Source: Azolla caroliniana
Taxonomy: Eukaryota; Plantae; Polypodiophyta
NCBI GenBank assembly: GCA_043228905.1
Contig: JBHGNT010000010.1
Span: 12,028,001 to 12,092,000, forward strand
DNA: 64,000 nucleotides
Reading direction: 5' to 3'
A program made the translations under genes and the position numbers. The notes under the pieces are model-generated. The model did no database searches and was not told the origin of the DNA. It was given only the letters and a program-made list of their open reading frames with translations. Positions 1 through 14,100 of the stretch are shown in pieces (the stretch's first letter is position 1; the number at the start of each line of letters is the position of its first letter).

Positions 1-144
1 CACTCTCACTCTCACTCTCACTCTCGTGCACATTTGCACATACACAACAACAAAACTATAGACTTTCACCATTATCCATCCCCGTACCTCTCGTACGGGT
101 AACAATTGAGTATCCGACCTTTGCTTCCTAGGGATTAGGAACAT

Positions 145-1790
145 GTTCAGCCCCCTAGATTTCAATCTGAAATGAACAAGTCAGCCATGTGGTCAGCGGA
201 AGAAGTCGCTTTATGGCCTTAAGCAAGCCCCTTGAGCTTGGAACTCAAAGGTTATGCCATGACTAAGTAGGATGGGGTTTCAGCCATCAAAGTCCGTCTC
301 TTCTTTTGTTCATCCGGCAAGGTTAGAAAGGGTCTAGTGTGCACATTGCTATATGTTGATGACATGGTCATCGCCGACACCAACCTTGACGAAATCGGCA
401 ATGTCAAGTCTCAATTGTCGACAACCTTTGAAATGAAGGATCTAGAGGAACTTCATTACTTCCTCGAGATCGAAGTGATCTACACCCCGAATGACATACT
501 AATCAACCAAAGACATTATGTCCTGAATATGTTGTTTAAATTCGACATGGCGGGCCGTTGATCCATCTCAACTCCTCTAGACAAAAGTGTCAAGCTTCGC
601 CACGATTCAGCGCCGACTTGCGACGCGACACGGTTCCGACTGATAGTTGAAAGTCTTATCTACCTGACGATCACCCGACCCGACCTCAGCTATCCGGTCG
701 GTGTGATAAGTCAATTTATGTCCAAGCCGATGGTCAATCACCTTCGGTGCGTGTATCGGATACTAAGGGATGTTAGTGGCATGAAGGACAATGGTTTGTT
801 GTATCGGATCGGTGTAGCTGAACAATTAGTCGGCTACACGGATATCGATTGGGCTGAAAATGTTGGTGATCGCTGATATGGTTTCTCCTTGGGGAGTGTG
901 GCGATCACATGGTGCAGCAAGAAGAAACCGATAGTTGTTGAGCACGGAGGTCAAATATCGAGGAACGGTTGTCGCAACGTCCAAAGCCATATGACTCAAG
1001 CGGCTATTGAAGGATCTCTGCAGGTGGAGGTTGCCGATCCGACAACGATATTTTGTGACAACCTCAACAACATCCAGGTCATGAAGAACATTGTCTTCCA
1101 AGCTTGGACCAAATACATTGAAGTTCACTATCACTTCGTGCGTGAGCGCATTCTCAACGGTGAAGTTGAACTGAAATACGTTCCGACTGATTGGTTGGTG
1201 GCCAATTTCTTCACCAGACCTCTTGGATTCAACAAGTTGCGACAATTCTCGAGCATGCTTGGGTTACAACACCTCGACGTGCCGAACTTGAGGGGGAGAG
1301 TCGAGGGGGGAGGAGACAACTAAAAGAGTTGAGAGAATGGAAGGGAGCAAATCGTCTAGGGGGAGCAACAAAATAGACGAACTTGAGCCAACCTAAGACA
1401 AAGGAAGAGTCGATGGAGAAGATGAATTAGAGGCAACCGATTTGGACGAGTCAAATCATGTAAGCGCCGAACAAGGGAGAGGGCAGCCAAAGCAGATGGA
1501 TCGAAGGGCGCCAAAGCCCGAAGAGGTGAGAAGAAGGCCGATGAGGGCGGGACAAGCTGACTGAATGGGTCGAAGAGCATGGGACCAGACGGGGTCGTGG
1601 AGTGTGGGCCAAAAGGCAAGTAGCCAAGAGAAGCCGGAGCAGAGGACCGGTTGGAGCTATAATGATGACCTCAAGTTGAGCTTGAGTGACAAGCTCAACA
1701 TGGGCTGAATCGGCTAAAGGCCGAAAGGTCGAGTCGGTTGAAGAAACCAATAGCTGAATCGGCGAGGAGGATCGGCTGAAGAATCCGAGA
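145..1790 (+). mobile_element. Decayed Ty1/copia RT-RNaseH remnant with 3' extension (same family as copia D)
   Basis: Motifs LYGLKQAP, LLYVDD, FEMKDLEELHYFL and KYIEVHYHFVRERILNGEVEL, broken by stops and frameshifts. The end (CTCAAGTTGAGCTTGAG...CAAGCTCAAC, ~1670) resembles the PPT/LTR start of copia D at 58745-58790. Confidence 0.9.
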
Positions 1791-2034
1791 GGCCGTTAAG
1801 GTTGTATGATTTAGGTGTGCAAATAGACACGAGCATGCATGTACATATGTATGCGATACATACATACATACATGACATGTATGTATTGTATGTATGCGAT
1901 GTGGATGATGATGGTATGTACATACATACATAGTAGAAACGGAATACGAAGAGCCTGGAAAATCCATGGCGGCTGCAGCAGTTGTTGTTGTTGGATGAAT
2001 CATGATGCATGGCGCCTCCTCCTCCTCCTCCTGC

Positions 2035-2127
2035 CTTCTTCTTCTTCTTCTTCTTCTTCTTCTTCTTCTTCTTCTCTCATCTCAGTAGATCGACGACTAG
2101 GATAGAATAGAATAGAATAGAATAGAA
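2035..2127 (+). repeat. (CTT)n and (ATAGA)n microsatellites upstream of the CFAP57 start codon
   Basis: Seen directly in the sequence. Confidence 0.9.
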
Positions 2128-2192
2128 GGAAAGAGCGGCGCAGAAAGAACAGAGAGCGAGAGCCCGCAGAAAGATTTCATTCATCGCCAGTC

Positions 2193-5100
2193 ATGGCTCA
2201 TCTCCTCCCCAACCACGTGATCGGATTGAAAGGATCCCTGAAGGACTCCATCCATTTCATGGATGAAACGACCTACTTCTTCGTGTCGGGACACAGCCTG
2301 GTGGTTGCATCCACTGAGTCGAAGCAGCAGAAGCTCCTCCCGGGGACCAACGACACCAGCGCCATCACAGCAGTTGCCCTCAGCCCCACCAAGAAGCTCC
2401 TGGCTGTTGCCGAAAGTGCCCTCCCAAGCCCTGCTGCTCTACAAGCCGAAGCCAGGTAAGTACCCATTCCAGAATCTCTGATAAAATATGAATATTCTGA
2501 TCCCTTCTAGTTATTAGAGATTTTTTTTCAAAAGGATTAACCCCTCTTCCGATTGAGAAAAACAAGTATGACTGCCAGAGATGCAACATCAACTCTACCA
2601 ATCCCTCCTCAATCGTTTTCAAAAGATTATATCAACGCTGCCCTCCTTCACCCCTAGTGGTTTCATATGGTTCTAATTAAAAGAAGTAAGCTTTGCCGTG
2701 GGAAATCATCAAATCTACCCCTTGTAGTCTCGATAACATACAAAATAGTACCCCTAATTGGAAAGAAGTATTGAGTGCCTGAGGTAAAAATGATCAACTC
2801 TATCTAACCTTGGGAGGTTCAAAGTGATCAAGTAATGCCCCCATAATATGAAAATTGCACGATTGCGACAGATAAAATGTCTGACTCCATCACAGGTAGT
2901 TTTTGGAAATATTTCAAGTAATACCCCCAAATTGGAAAAAGCATGAGTGCCACAGGCACTTACCAACTCACCCATTTTAGTTTTGAAAATATAAGAAACA
3001 GAACCCACTAAAAAATGAAGCGCCAGGGAGAAACTATCAACTTTCTCCCTAGTACTATTCCTAATAAATAAGTATATGTATATATTTGGTTTAACCAAAA
3101 AGAAAGGGTTTAACTGCCAGGTATGCCTCTGCCCTTACTTCTGATTCGCGGAGCTCAGCTGGGGGTGGATCTGGACCCAATGGACCTATAGATAGCAAGT
3201 CCCTTGATGGCGCTGAATCAAAAGATAGCGACTTGAGATGCCTCTCTCCGGAAGTCAAAACGAGCAGCCCTATCATCAGCCTTTGGGAAACTGGTGTTTG
3301 GAAGAAGAGAAAGGTCCTCTCAGGTGGGGAATCTCTTGCTGGTATGAAAGAGTATATTTCGATATCATTTAGTGCCGATGGGAGGAACATTGCTGCCCAA
3401 GGAAGTGGTCCAGATTGGATCCTTGTGCTGTGGAGTTTGGAGAAGTCGAAGATTTTTGCCACTGCCAAGGCTTCTACACCTCAAACAGAAGTGTATCAGG
3501 TGACTTTCTCATGAAGCTGGTTTGGACCTCATTTTACTTCACTGCAATACATTTCTATGCAATGCAATGCGTATTTATGCGTAACTATACATTGGTATGC
3601 ATAAGTATACATTGCTCGACATTGCTAGAAACTCACTAGTTTCGTTGTTGAACCCTTAATTTTCCAGTAGCATATTGAAACTTTCTATTTTGTTTCGTCG
3701 TAGGTGCAATACTGTCTTACCGATGCATCACTTGTTAGTGTTGTTGGTGATGGTTTCACAAAGACATTTAAGCTAACAGAGACGGCATTCCGACAAATTG
3801 CTACTGATATCTCAAAGTGGGAGGGAAAAAGCTTCTTGTGGCACACATGGCTTCCAGAAGTAGAGCACTCTGGAAAAGATTGTTGCATTTATTCATTTGG
3901 CACTGGAGAGCTTGTGCGAGTAGAAGGTGGTGAGGTAATGTGAAATTATCCGTATGTCAAGGAATCCTATTAACCCTGTAAAATACGGTAAACCTCCATA
4001 AAAAGAGTGATGCCCTCACTAAATTCAAATGGTTACTGTGCTGCATTTTGTTAATTTTCATCATTATTCCCCTGAACCAAAGGATGTGTTCGTATAGATT
4101 ATGGCAGTGGTTCCTTCTTCCTCTTCTGATGGTTCAAGTTCTGCAGAGATTATCATTTTATATTCCAAAGGAATTATATGTGGCGAAACATGTGGTACCA
4201 TATCTGTTTATGAAAAGGTAGACGAGAAAGAAGTTAAAGAAGGTTTGAAGAAGGTTTCTAGTTTTAAAGTTGATAAGAATGGGGCAAAAGTATGTGGCCT
4301 TGCACTCTCTGCGAATGAAGAGGTTCTAGTGTGCATTCTAGACAACAACCATCTGTTGAATTTACCATTCCAGCATAGAGATCTTTTCAAGCTGGACGAG
4401 GTTCCGAAGGAGGTGGTTTGTCAGGTACTTTAAAAATCAGGAAGTCTGCTATTAGTAATGTGTGCTATGTAGTTCGATGTTTCTTCTTGTAAACCGAAGT
4501 CAAAATGTATTCCATATCTTGAATTACACCATTGAAGTGATATAGAGGAGTGTTTGCAATTCTACATAAGTTGTATATATAGTTATTTGTTAAAGATATA
4601 TTCTATTACTATGTAAATGGTACATGTTCAGCTTCCCCAGGCCACTGAAGGATCATGCTAGAAAGCACAGTGCAGAAAATCTAGGATGCATTATGTTTCA
4701 CCATTTTATTGCATATTCACCATTTACAGTTGTATGCTTTTTGTTTCTATCTTTGGCAAGCTCAAGATATAAGTGAAGTAACAAAATATGGCAAACATTT
4801 TCTAGTGTTGGGAAGTACACATAGATTTGTGATATGTAATGTTTTATCTCTATGGCCCAGATCAGATGCCTTGACATGTTGGAACAAGCACATGTGATTA
4901 ACTAATCAGATCTCCATCTTTTCTACCCGAAATAACAGAGTTCACTATGTTTTGTAGACCTATAGGGTTGGCAACAGATGACGCATATCTATGCTTTGAT
5001 GTGAAGGATGGATGCCAAAAGAATGTATATGCTAAGAATGAGAATGCTAAATACCAATTCACCCAAGAGACAATAGATGTGTGTAGTTGTGGAGTATACA

Positions 5101-8100
5101 ATGGCATGCTATATTTGGATCCTTTCGCACCTCTAGAGGAAGTCACACAAGGATTTTCTAAACAATTGCATAAAGCAGCCAGGAATACCTTTTGTCACAC
5201 AATAGGCAATGCGCCCACACCTTGTAGAGTCATGCGAGATAGTTGGTATGGTGAGGAATGTCACGATACAAGAAGAGACTTCGAACGCCAAGTAACTCGG
5301 AGAATTTGTGACAAACAAGCAAGAGCAACATTCCAATGCTTTGTGAGGAAGAAGATGAGTTCGTCTTTGGCTAAATTTGAACCACATCTGTAACCCTAAG
5401 ACAAGACAGTAAAAGAGCATGGAAAATGTTTAATTAGAGGCAACCCTACTACACAACTGACCTCATCTGAGGTGTGGCATGAATATGGAAAGCAACAATA
5501 TGATATCCCATGGCAACTTCCACTCCCCTACTGACATGGTTCATGTATACATGCATCCAACTTAATACTCTAGAAACTGTAAGAAATGCCATTGAACAAT
5601 TAGAATTAGGGAAGGCCCAAGATCATCATGGATTGATAGGATATAAATGAGCATTTTATCCATACCTGTGAGACCTTGCTCCTGTTACGAGCACACATCT
5701 TTAATAGAGCTATATGTGAAGGTTTCGTTACTAGCTGGACCGAACATAGTGCACCAATCTTGATAGGCGGAGACCCCATAATGCTGAGCAATTATAGGAC
5801 AATCATGATTTTCCATTACTTGGCTAAACTATATGGCTCAATCCTAGAGTTAGGATTGAGTGTATGGGCAGACAAGAATGGCTGCTGTTCAGCTTGGAAG
5901 GGATTCATTACTTTGGATTACATATTGAACTTCCAAGCCCATATCAAGGAGGTAGAGCCCATAAAAAGAGGATTTATTGTTGCTTTGTGAATTTCTAAAA
6001 GCCTTCCATGCTGTACGACATCACATGCCAAGCTCATGTACCGGAGAGAAGCCCTTGGTGTCCCCATAGATATGCAATCAGCAATTGGCAACGATTCAGT
6101 TTGGAAGTCTCAAACTTGAACTGTTTAAAAAATTTGAAACTTAAACCGAAGCAAACCACAAAACCGTTCAAACCGAACCTTTATAGGAATTTCCAAGTCA
6201 AACCAATGGTTCTAGAGTTTTACAAACGGTTAAGCTGTTAAGCCACGGTTTTGGAGTTCAATTTTGCTTTCGGGTGTAGACCGGGATCTATGATCTGTGT
6301 GACTTCAAATCTAAGAAAACGCTGTCTCAATAGGTTGTTGGAGGCTATGGCTGCCACAAGTGGAGTAAAACAAGGATGCCATTGTCACCCAGTCTTTCTA
6401 GTCTTTATGTAGATGAGGCATTGCATTGCATAGGGAGATTTGGTGGTTGAGGAGCATGCCTAGCGGGTATAGCCATATGAATAATACTATATACTGATGA
6501 ATGATATTGTGCTGATTTCCATTTCTTTAGAGGGACTACAAAAACATCCAAACGCCTTAAAATCATTTTGTATGGACAAAGATTTGTCAGTAAGCCTACT
6601 AAAATGATTGGGTTCAACACCACTCAAGCATGTATAATGAAATCAGAATCAGAATTCTCTTTGGCAGAGGAAAAGGTGCTATATGCATGATCTCCACATA
6701 CATTGGAGTAACATTCAGGAAGCTGCTTGTGCTCAACTTTCTTGTGGATGTGCAACCCTTGGTGCTCTTGAAAGCCACAGACTAAATTGTGGCTGTTTTG
6801 ATACACTTGTCTCACAGCCTTTTCTCTTAAAGTCTAGAAACCTTGGGACCAAGCCTTAACAAGGCAAACAATTGGAAAGATTTGGAGAAACCTATAGTCC
6901 CAATGGTAAGGAGCAAAGCATCGGTGCCTCATGATATTATCTGGGCAGCTATGGGAGCATTCACAGTAATCAGCGATGCATTATTCTAATAGTGACCACA
7001 CTCCAAAGGTGTTGTGAGCTCCCCAAACAAAGGTACTTAAGGTTGGCACTTATGTCATCAAATCAACTTTCTAAACATGGCAATAATCATCATTGGTACT
7101 CTGAAATGCAGCAGTGTTTTGAGCCAATGGCAAAGTATAAATGCACCACCCCTATTCTATTAAGCTTAGATTGTCCCAATCTAAACATAACGAAAGTGGA
7201 AAAGAATAGAGTGATCGTTGTATCAAATTGGATAATGGAAGAACACCTAAATGGATCAGCCTCACCCATAAATGGCTCCCTTAATTTGAGGCTTCATTAT
7301 TTATGAACATAATTTTTTTATCGTCCTCATAAATCCTTAGCATTACGAACAAATATAAGAGTCTCCATGGGTTGCTTCACAATTATTTGTTTACAAATGG
7401 ATATTTGATATCACGTTACTGCAGATTTTAGTCCGGATTTGAACAGCTAACTTCAATGAGTTGTTTAGAACATTGATCTAATGCTTGGTCTGAATAGTGC
7501 TGCTTTTGGATTTTGATGGCGATACATATTTATATTTAGTTGTAAGCCTAATATCCTATATATGATCGGTGATCATCTTCTGTGTGAACCCCAAACAGTG
7601 GACGATTCTCTGCTCATGCAATACACACCAATATGACTAATTGTTTAAAATTGTTGAGATTTGGAAACACAACCTAAGATTCAAGCTATATATAAGCCAA
7701 CTACTAATATTTATCTGTGAGCTGTTTTCTGGATTTATTATTTTTCAGGCTTATCATGTGGGACGAATAACAGGTTTAGACATTTGTGTTCGTAAGCCTA
7801 TACTAGTCACATGTGGTGTAGATAAAACTGTTCGAGTATGGAATTATCACGAAAAGACTTGTGAGATTATGAAATTTTTTCATGAGGATGCATTCTCTGT
7901 AGCTTTACATCCAAGTGGTAATTTCATCTATATTCTGCCAGTCTAACCAAATAATTATTTGTAGTTAAGTACAGAACATTTAAACCATAAGGCTCCTCTA
8001 CCTTGGGCCAGTATAAAAAAAACTGTGTTGAAGTTTCGAGGCAATTAAATGCATGGCAAGTATGCCTAGAGCTGGTACATTCACCATTTGAAGAATCCCA

Positions 8101-11100
8101 TTCCAGTATGCTAGTTGTTCCATATTCTAAAATCAGTCAAGCTATTCTGGTAGCTGCCTCCAGTTTCAATGCTCATCGTGGTTAGTATATTGCCGTAGAG
8201 AGACCATTTAAACCCTCAAACTGTTCACACCAATCACTAATGTATTGGACTAAAGATTATTAATTTATAGCCGATACAAACATGATTTATTAAACTTCCA
8301 TTTCCGATCCCAGAGACATGGTAATTTTTAAAAGTACTGAAGTTACAGTAGTAGCTCACATCCTAATTCTTTATTGTCATAGTTAGTCCTAGGATACAGG
8401 TAAATGGCTTGATTTTTGGGTTTGAATGGATTCTAGGAAGAAATCTCTTTTATGCTAGAAGCTAACACATAATAAGATAACGGCCCCTGAACCTCTTAGC
8501 TTTGTCCTCCCTCTTTAGCTGATTCTCTTAGTCCTGGGAATAAAACTGAGTAGTTCCCCGTAAAGAATCTTTTTATATTATGACATCCCGTGTTGACCTA
8601 CCGGATGTAATGATTTGGTAGCATGGTGTATTAAACGGCAGAGGTATGGAGGCATCAGCCTGGGGAATGCAAACAGGATCTTCAGAGGATTGACATTGTG
8701 ATATACCACATTCAATAGCAAATTCCTTTTTCACAGGCAGTATGTCATTTTTGGGAGAGTGATCTTCTCACATTTTGAGTAGTTCAGGCACTAGAATTGC
8801 CCCATCTTAGAGCTTACATAACTCATCTGAGATCTGACAGTTTTTGGGGATGTAATGGGCTTGTACATTTGGGAAACCTTGCCTTCTCAAAGGCCATGGG
8901 CATAAAGAGTTTCCCAGGGCCCAAATTCTTATATGCTTTGCAGTTCAACAGCTAAGATTCAGATTGAATCTTAGGTATTGAGTGATGGCAATAACATTTT
9001 ATCTCTGAGGCTGTCTTTATAGTGTTGTTTACACCAGGGAAGGATCTACTGCATTGCTTGGCTAGAGGATGTCTAGGCGCAGTTAGTCATAGAGTATGTG
9101 GACCTCCTACAGGATCTAGTATGCTAGTACTTCTGTAAAACCCAGGTTCTAACTTCTCAAAGCTAATTGTCAGTGAGGCTTGCCCCACAACCCAAACCCT
9201 TACAGTGCTCAAAGGCCATTGACAGTCATGGGTAGCCTACAGACAAGTTTCAACAATTCAGTCCATTAGAGACAAACATGAATAGATTCAGGGTGATTCT
9301 TATGCTCATGTGGCAACTAGTAGAAGTTTGTGCTAGTATGGGGTTCTGATGATATATTTTTTCATTCTGAAAGATGGCCATCTTAGATACATTTTGTTCC
9401 CACTGGTAGTTTCTCTCAGATTTCATATTTATACTATAATCGATAGTAGGTCTCAGATCCTCGTGCTTAAGCTCTAATGCTTCTATCTGATCTCATTTTC
9501 TGGTCCCTCAACCCGACGATAATAATTAATGGGAATAAGTCCTATATATTGTTTCAGTGCAGTCGTCGAGTCTCTTGGGTAAGGTTTCTTCGCTAATATG
9601 GTTAGATGCTCGTTTTTATATCTAAATGTCATCTTGTAAGGATCTTGTTATCTAGTGTTAAGTTTATGTTATGCAAGGCTGAGTGAAAAATAGTGATGTT
9701 GGGAAATATTTGGGCTCTGAAATGTTAGCATTTTTGCATATGTGATCACATGTTCCTGTTTAGTACTTTACTCAGAAAGAGGAGACTTTCATCATGAATT
9801 GACATAGGGAACATATATTAATGTTAGTCACAAGTAAAATTGACTTTGCTTGATTTTGTGCTTTTTTGTTTTGGTATGTAGGGTTACATATATTGGTAGG
9901 ATTCTCGGACAAGTTAAGGTTTATGAATCTTTTAATTGATGATATCCGACTTGCCAAGGAAATTGGGATAAAGAGCTGCCAAGAGTGTACATTCAGCAAT
10001 GGTGGTCAATACTTTGCAGCTGTACATAACAATGTTGTTCAGATATTCTCTACGTACACTTGTGAAAACATTGGGAATTTGAGAGGCCACAGTGGTAAGG
10101 TAAGTTCTAAAATGGCTTGTATGACCTGAGCTACTCTGCATGTATATTCATAATCATTCCTCATATTTATATTATGTCATATGAAGTTTTCAGGTTCATA
10201 ATGTATGGTGGTCCTCGGATGACGCATTTATCCTAACAGCTGGTTTGGATGGAGCCATTTATGAATGGAAAGTTAAGGATTACAAACGCAACCGTGAAAA
10301 TGTCTTGAAAGGGTGTGCTTACACCAGTGTTACTGGTGCATACAACACTAATACTTTCATCGCTGTTGGCTCGGACAGGAAACTGAAGGAAATGGATGAA
10401 AGTCAAGTAGTAAAGGTACATAATATAACTATGTTTGCATGATACGTAATTTTTATTGCGTCGTTTTCTTTTAGTTTCACATTCTATTCAAACATCTTTG
10501 AAAATCTAAGTGAATCTATAACTTCTCCAGAGCTTCAGTAGTGCTGCATTACTGACCCAAATTACTCTTCCTGATGGAAGCCGTTTGCTGTTTGCTGGTA
10601 CTGAATTTGGTGGTGTTAGGACCTACCGTTATCCTCTAACAGGCAAGGATTAAATCAGCTTTTCACTGCTTGTTCCTAAGGAAATGATTGGTTTTATATG
10701 AGTTAGTCTCACTAGAGTGCTTCATTTAACACCCTGACAATACTTCGTTTCTATGAAAATGATTAGCATGTACTAATTTACATAAAATTTCTAGGGATTC
10801 TACAAATAATTCCTCAAACACAAAGGAACATTTTACTGGCTTGTAGTGACAGTTATTACAAAGGGGAGTGTTGGCAACACACTTTCCAAATGTTTGTTGG
10901 ACCATCAATTAGATGTCATGATTTCGATAACAGATGTATGGGTTTCTTGATAACAGATAACGATCTTTCTTGGTGGTTTATATCTTTGTTTCTTTTAAGT
11001 ATTACTTCACTTTATAAAACATATTTGAAAAAAGTATTCATCCATATAAGACAGTCTGATGAATGTCAGAGTGAAAATGTGCCAAAGGTTATAATGTATC

Positions 11101-14100
11101 CAGGATATGCCATGTAGAAACGAAAGGGTATTATGAGAGGCAGGGTCGTCATGTTTTCAATTTCTTGCAAACTTGTATAAAGATCCAGTGATTCTATTCA
11201 AAGTTTCTCTCAATATGATCTGTCCTTAAATTTCCTGGTTTCTGTGATGTTACTTGGGTTGGTAAAGCTGTATGCAAATTCCGCAGCATTGCACATCAGG
11301 GCAATCATGCAGGGAAGGCCCAATGAAGGAACTGTTAGAAGGCCTTTTCAAGGAAATATCAAAGAGACTGCATTGTGACTCCAGTTCTTCTAGATTTTGA
11401 TAGGATTCTTCAAATAAGGCACATCAAAGAAATAAAAAAAGGAGGCAGATGTATCTAGTTCCAGAATATTTTTCCAAACGAAATCTTAGGCTGACTCTTG
11501 CCCATCTGGGAGATTCTTGTGGATGAACAGGTTCTGGGGAGAATTGTTCCAGAACAGCCAACTCCAAATAATGCACATCAAATAAATTAAAAATGGAAGG
11601 GCACAAGTGTCAGGTTCCAGAATATTTTCCAAAGGAAATCTCCGGCTGGCTCATGGCCATCAGGGATATTTTTGTGGATGAACAAACTTTAAAGACATCA
11701 CCAAGTCTTACAAAATGTGAAGGTTGTTCATAATTGTGAAAGAGAATAGACATAAAGGGGCCTATGACATCGTTAAACAAACTATGATGCAAACAGCTGA
11801 TACTTACCATGTTTTGTAGCATAAATTATTAGTATGTGGTGTAGATACCATGTGTATGTGAGACTGCTTGTGAGTATTCTGGAAAATCTTGCTTGATACA
11901 GCCCTAACTATTATTTCTGTTTTCAATTTGTTTCATTTTCTTTTACAATGGACATAGTGTTTGTTATGTTCTGATGCATATCTAATATAATATCTGGTTT
12001 GCAGGAGAATATCAAGAAGTTCAGGCTAGCAGTGCATATGTTACTAGAATGGTTGCATCTTATGATGCCAGCCTCCTTTTTGTTGCTGGTGATGATGGCG
12101 TGGTTTCAATATTTGAGGTAAAGGATAGAGAGAAGGCATTAGTGGTCGGTTCATTAAGGCGGGAGAAAGATGCATTTGGATGGGCTGAAGAAGTGTTGAT
12201 TACCAAGACTGATCTAGAGGAAATGCGAGTGCACATGCAAGAGCTGGAGGAAAAGGTGTTGTGCTAGTACATGATGGCTCATAAGAAGGGAAATTGCACA
12301 TAAGTTCAGCTTATGAATGCCAAGATTCTAACTTTGAAATATCTTGTAGGTTTCGGAGCTGAAGACAGACAATGAATATCAGATGCGACTAAAAGATATA
12401 TCGTTAAACGAAAAAGTAAAGGCTATCAGTGATAATTTCCAGCGTCAAATTGATGAGGCTCAAGCTAGATATGAGAAGCTTTTCCAAGAGAAAAACCAAG
12501 AGGTAAAGATTAATTTATATTTCAAAAACTTAAGGTTTAAATTGAGAGCGGTCCAATATAGCATTATGGTCTAGAAAAATGCTTCATTGTTATATTGGAT
12601 GAACACTTCACTCAAGAGAGAGGACGAGTATCTCAGAGGGGAACTGTATAGTGTTAGCAGCATTTACAACCCAGGAGTTAAGGTGCTACAATAGCTTATT
12701 TGTGAGATTTATAACCCATGGTCGTTTCATAAAACCATTAGTTATGATGGAGCTAGTCAGAACCTCAATTAGTTGCCCTCACTTTGGGGAGTTTGTTGGG
12801 AGTATATCCCATTTAATATCCCCATTTATGTAGGCATGTTTTGAGACCTAAGTGGGGCCTATATGAAGGTCTCCTCCCAACACAGTTTCTCATCGTAGGT
12901 GCTTCCCTCGCTTCGGAGACATTTCCATTCTGGATCGGCCTATGCTAGAGATCTTTCGAAGACAAAAGCTACAATATACCTAACTTGAGGATCTCACATG
13001 TGCCAAAAACCAGATTCCCTCATTTCTTTTCTTTTCATGTTATTTACTGTGTAATATTTATTTTATTTTGATTTGTTCTCAAAGACGAGACAACACGTAA
13101 GATGTAATCTCTTATTTGGTCTTATAGGCCATTTTGGCCTCTTAAAAGACGTTAATATATCTTTCTTTCTCTCTTTCATCTAGCTTTCAGACATAAGTTT
13201 AAACTGTCTTAATCAGTTTCTTTTGTCTTCTCATTTGAGCCCTTTTTCGCAGCCTACTCTTGAGGGTTCTCACACTCTCACAAGCTTCTGGTAACCTTGT
13301 GTTCTTCTCTTGCATTCTCAGCTCATGCAGTGACTAGAAGCCTTCGATTTCCAGTACATATGCAATGGGGGATCTATGCGCTATGTGAATGGGTGTAGGC
13401 CTATCCATTGGGGTTGGACTACGTGTTTGCCTTGGAGTTGGAGCAGGGCTATATGTTTGCCTTCTGTGCACTATTGGGTTGTCAAAGGTCATGGATAACA
13501 CGATTGGAGTAAAGCAAGGATGCCCACTATGACCCTCTCTTTTCGGTCTTCATATAGGTGAGATATCTTAAATTACATAAATTGGGTGGTTCAGGAGCAT
13601 GCTTAACATTGGTAGCCATACTGATTTTATTGTATGTTGATGAGATTGTGTTGATTTCCAAACTCTCCAGAGTTTACAAAGACATCACTTTCTATAGAGA
13701 AGTTTGTCAGTCAACTGTGGTAAAACTAAAGTGATCGTGTTTAACACCACTCTTGCATGAGTAACAAGATCAGAACTGGAATTCTTCTTGGAAGAGGAAA
13801 AATTCACAAATGGTCCTAAAAATATCTGGTAGTAACATTACAAGAGGCTACACGTGGTTGACTTTTCTTTGGATGTGCAGCCTTTGGTGCTCTTGTAAAA
13901 CATTGTTACATATCCAGTTCCAAGAATCACGAACTAAAATGGGGTTGTTTCATACACTTGTAACAGTAACTCTTCCCTATAGATCAGAAATTTGGGGACC
14001 GAGCCTTGATAGGGCTCATGACTGACAGATTTAGAGTGACCTTCAGTCGTAATGATTTCTGAGCTTTGATAGGGTTCTGATGTTTTTCTGTGATGTTTAA

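Noticed and set aside
8000-9500. Possible minus-strand L1-like remnant in CFAP57 intron 5
   Set aside because: Composition is suggestive, but I could not read a convincing motif.
11455-11685. Two diverged ~70-bp direct repeats ~155 bp apart in intron 8
   Set aside because: Real but old and probably part of an unidentified decayed TE. No evidence of function.
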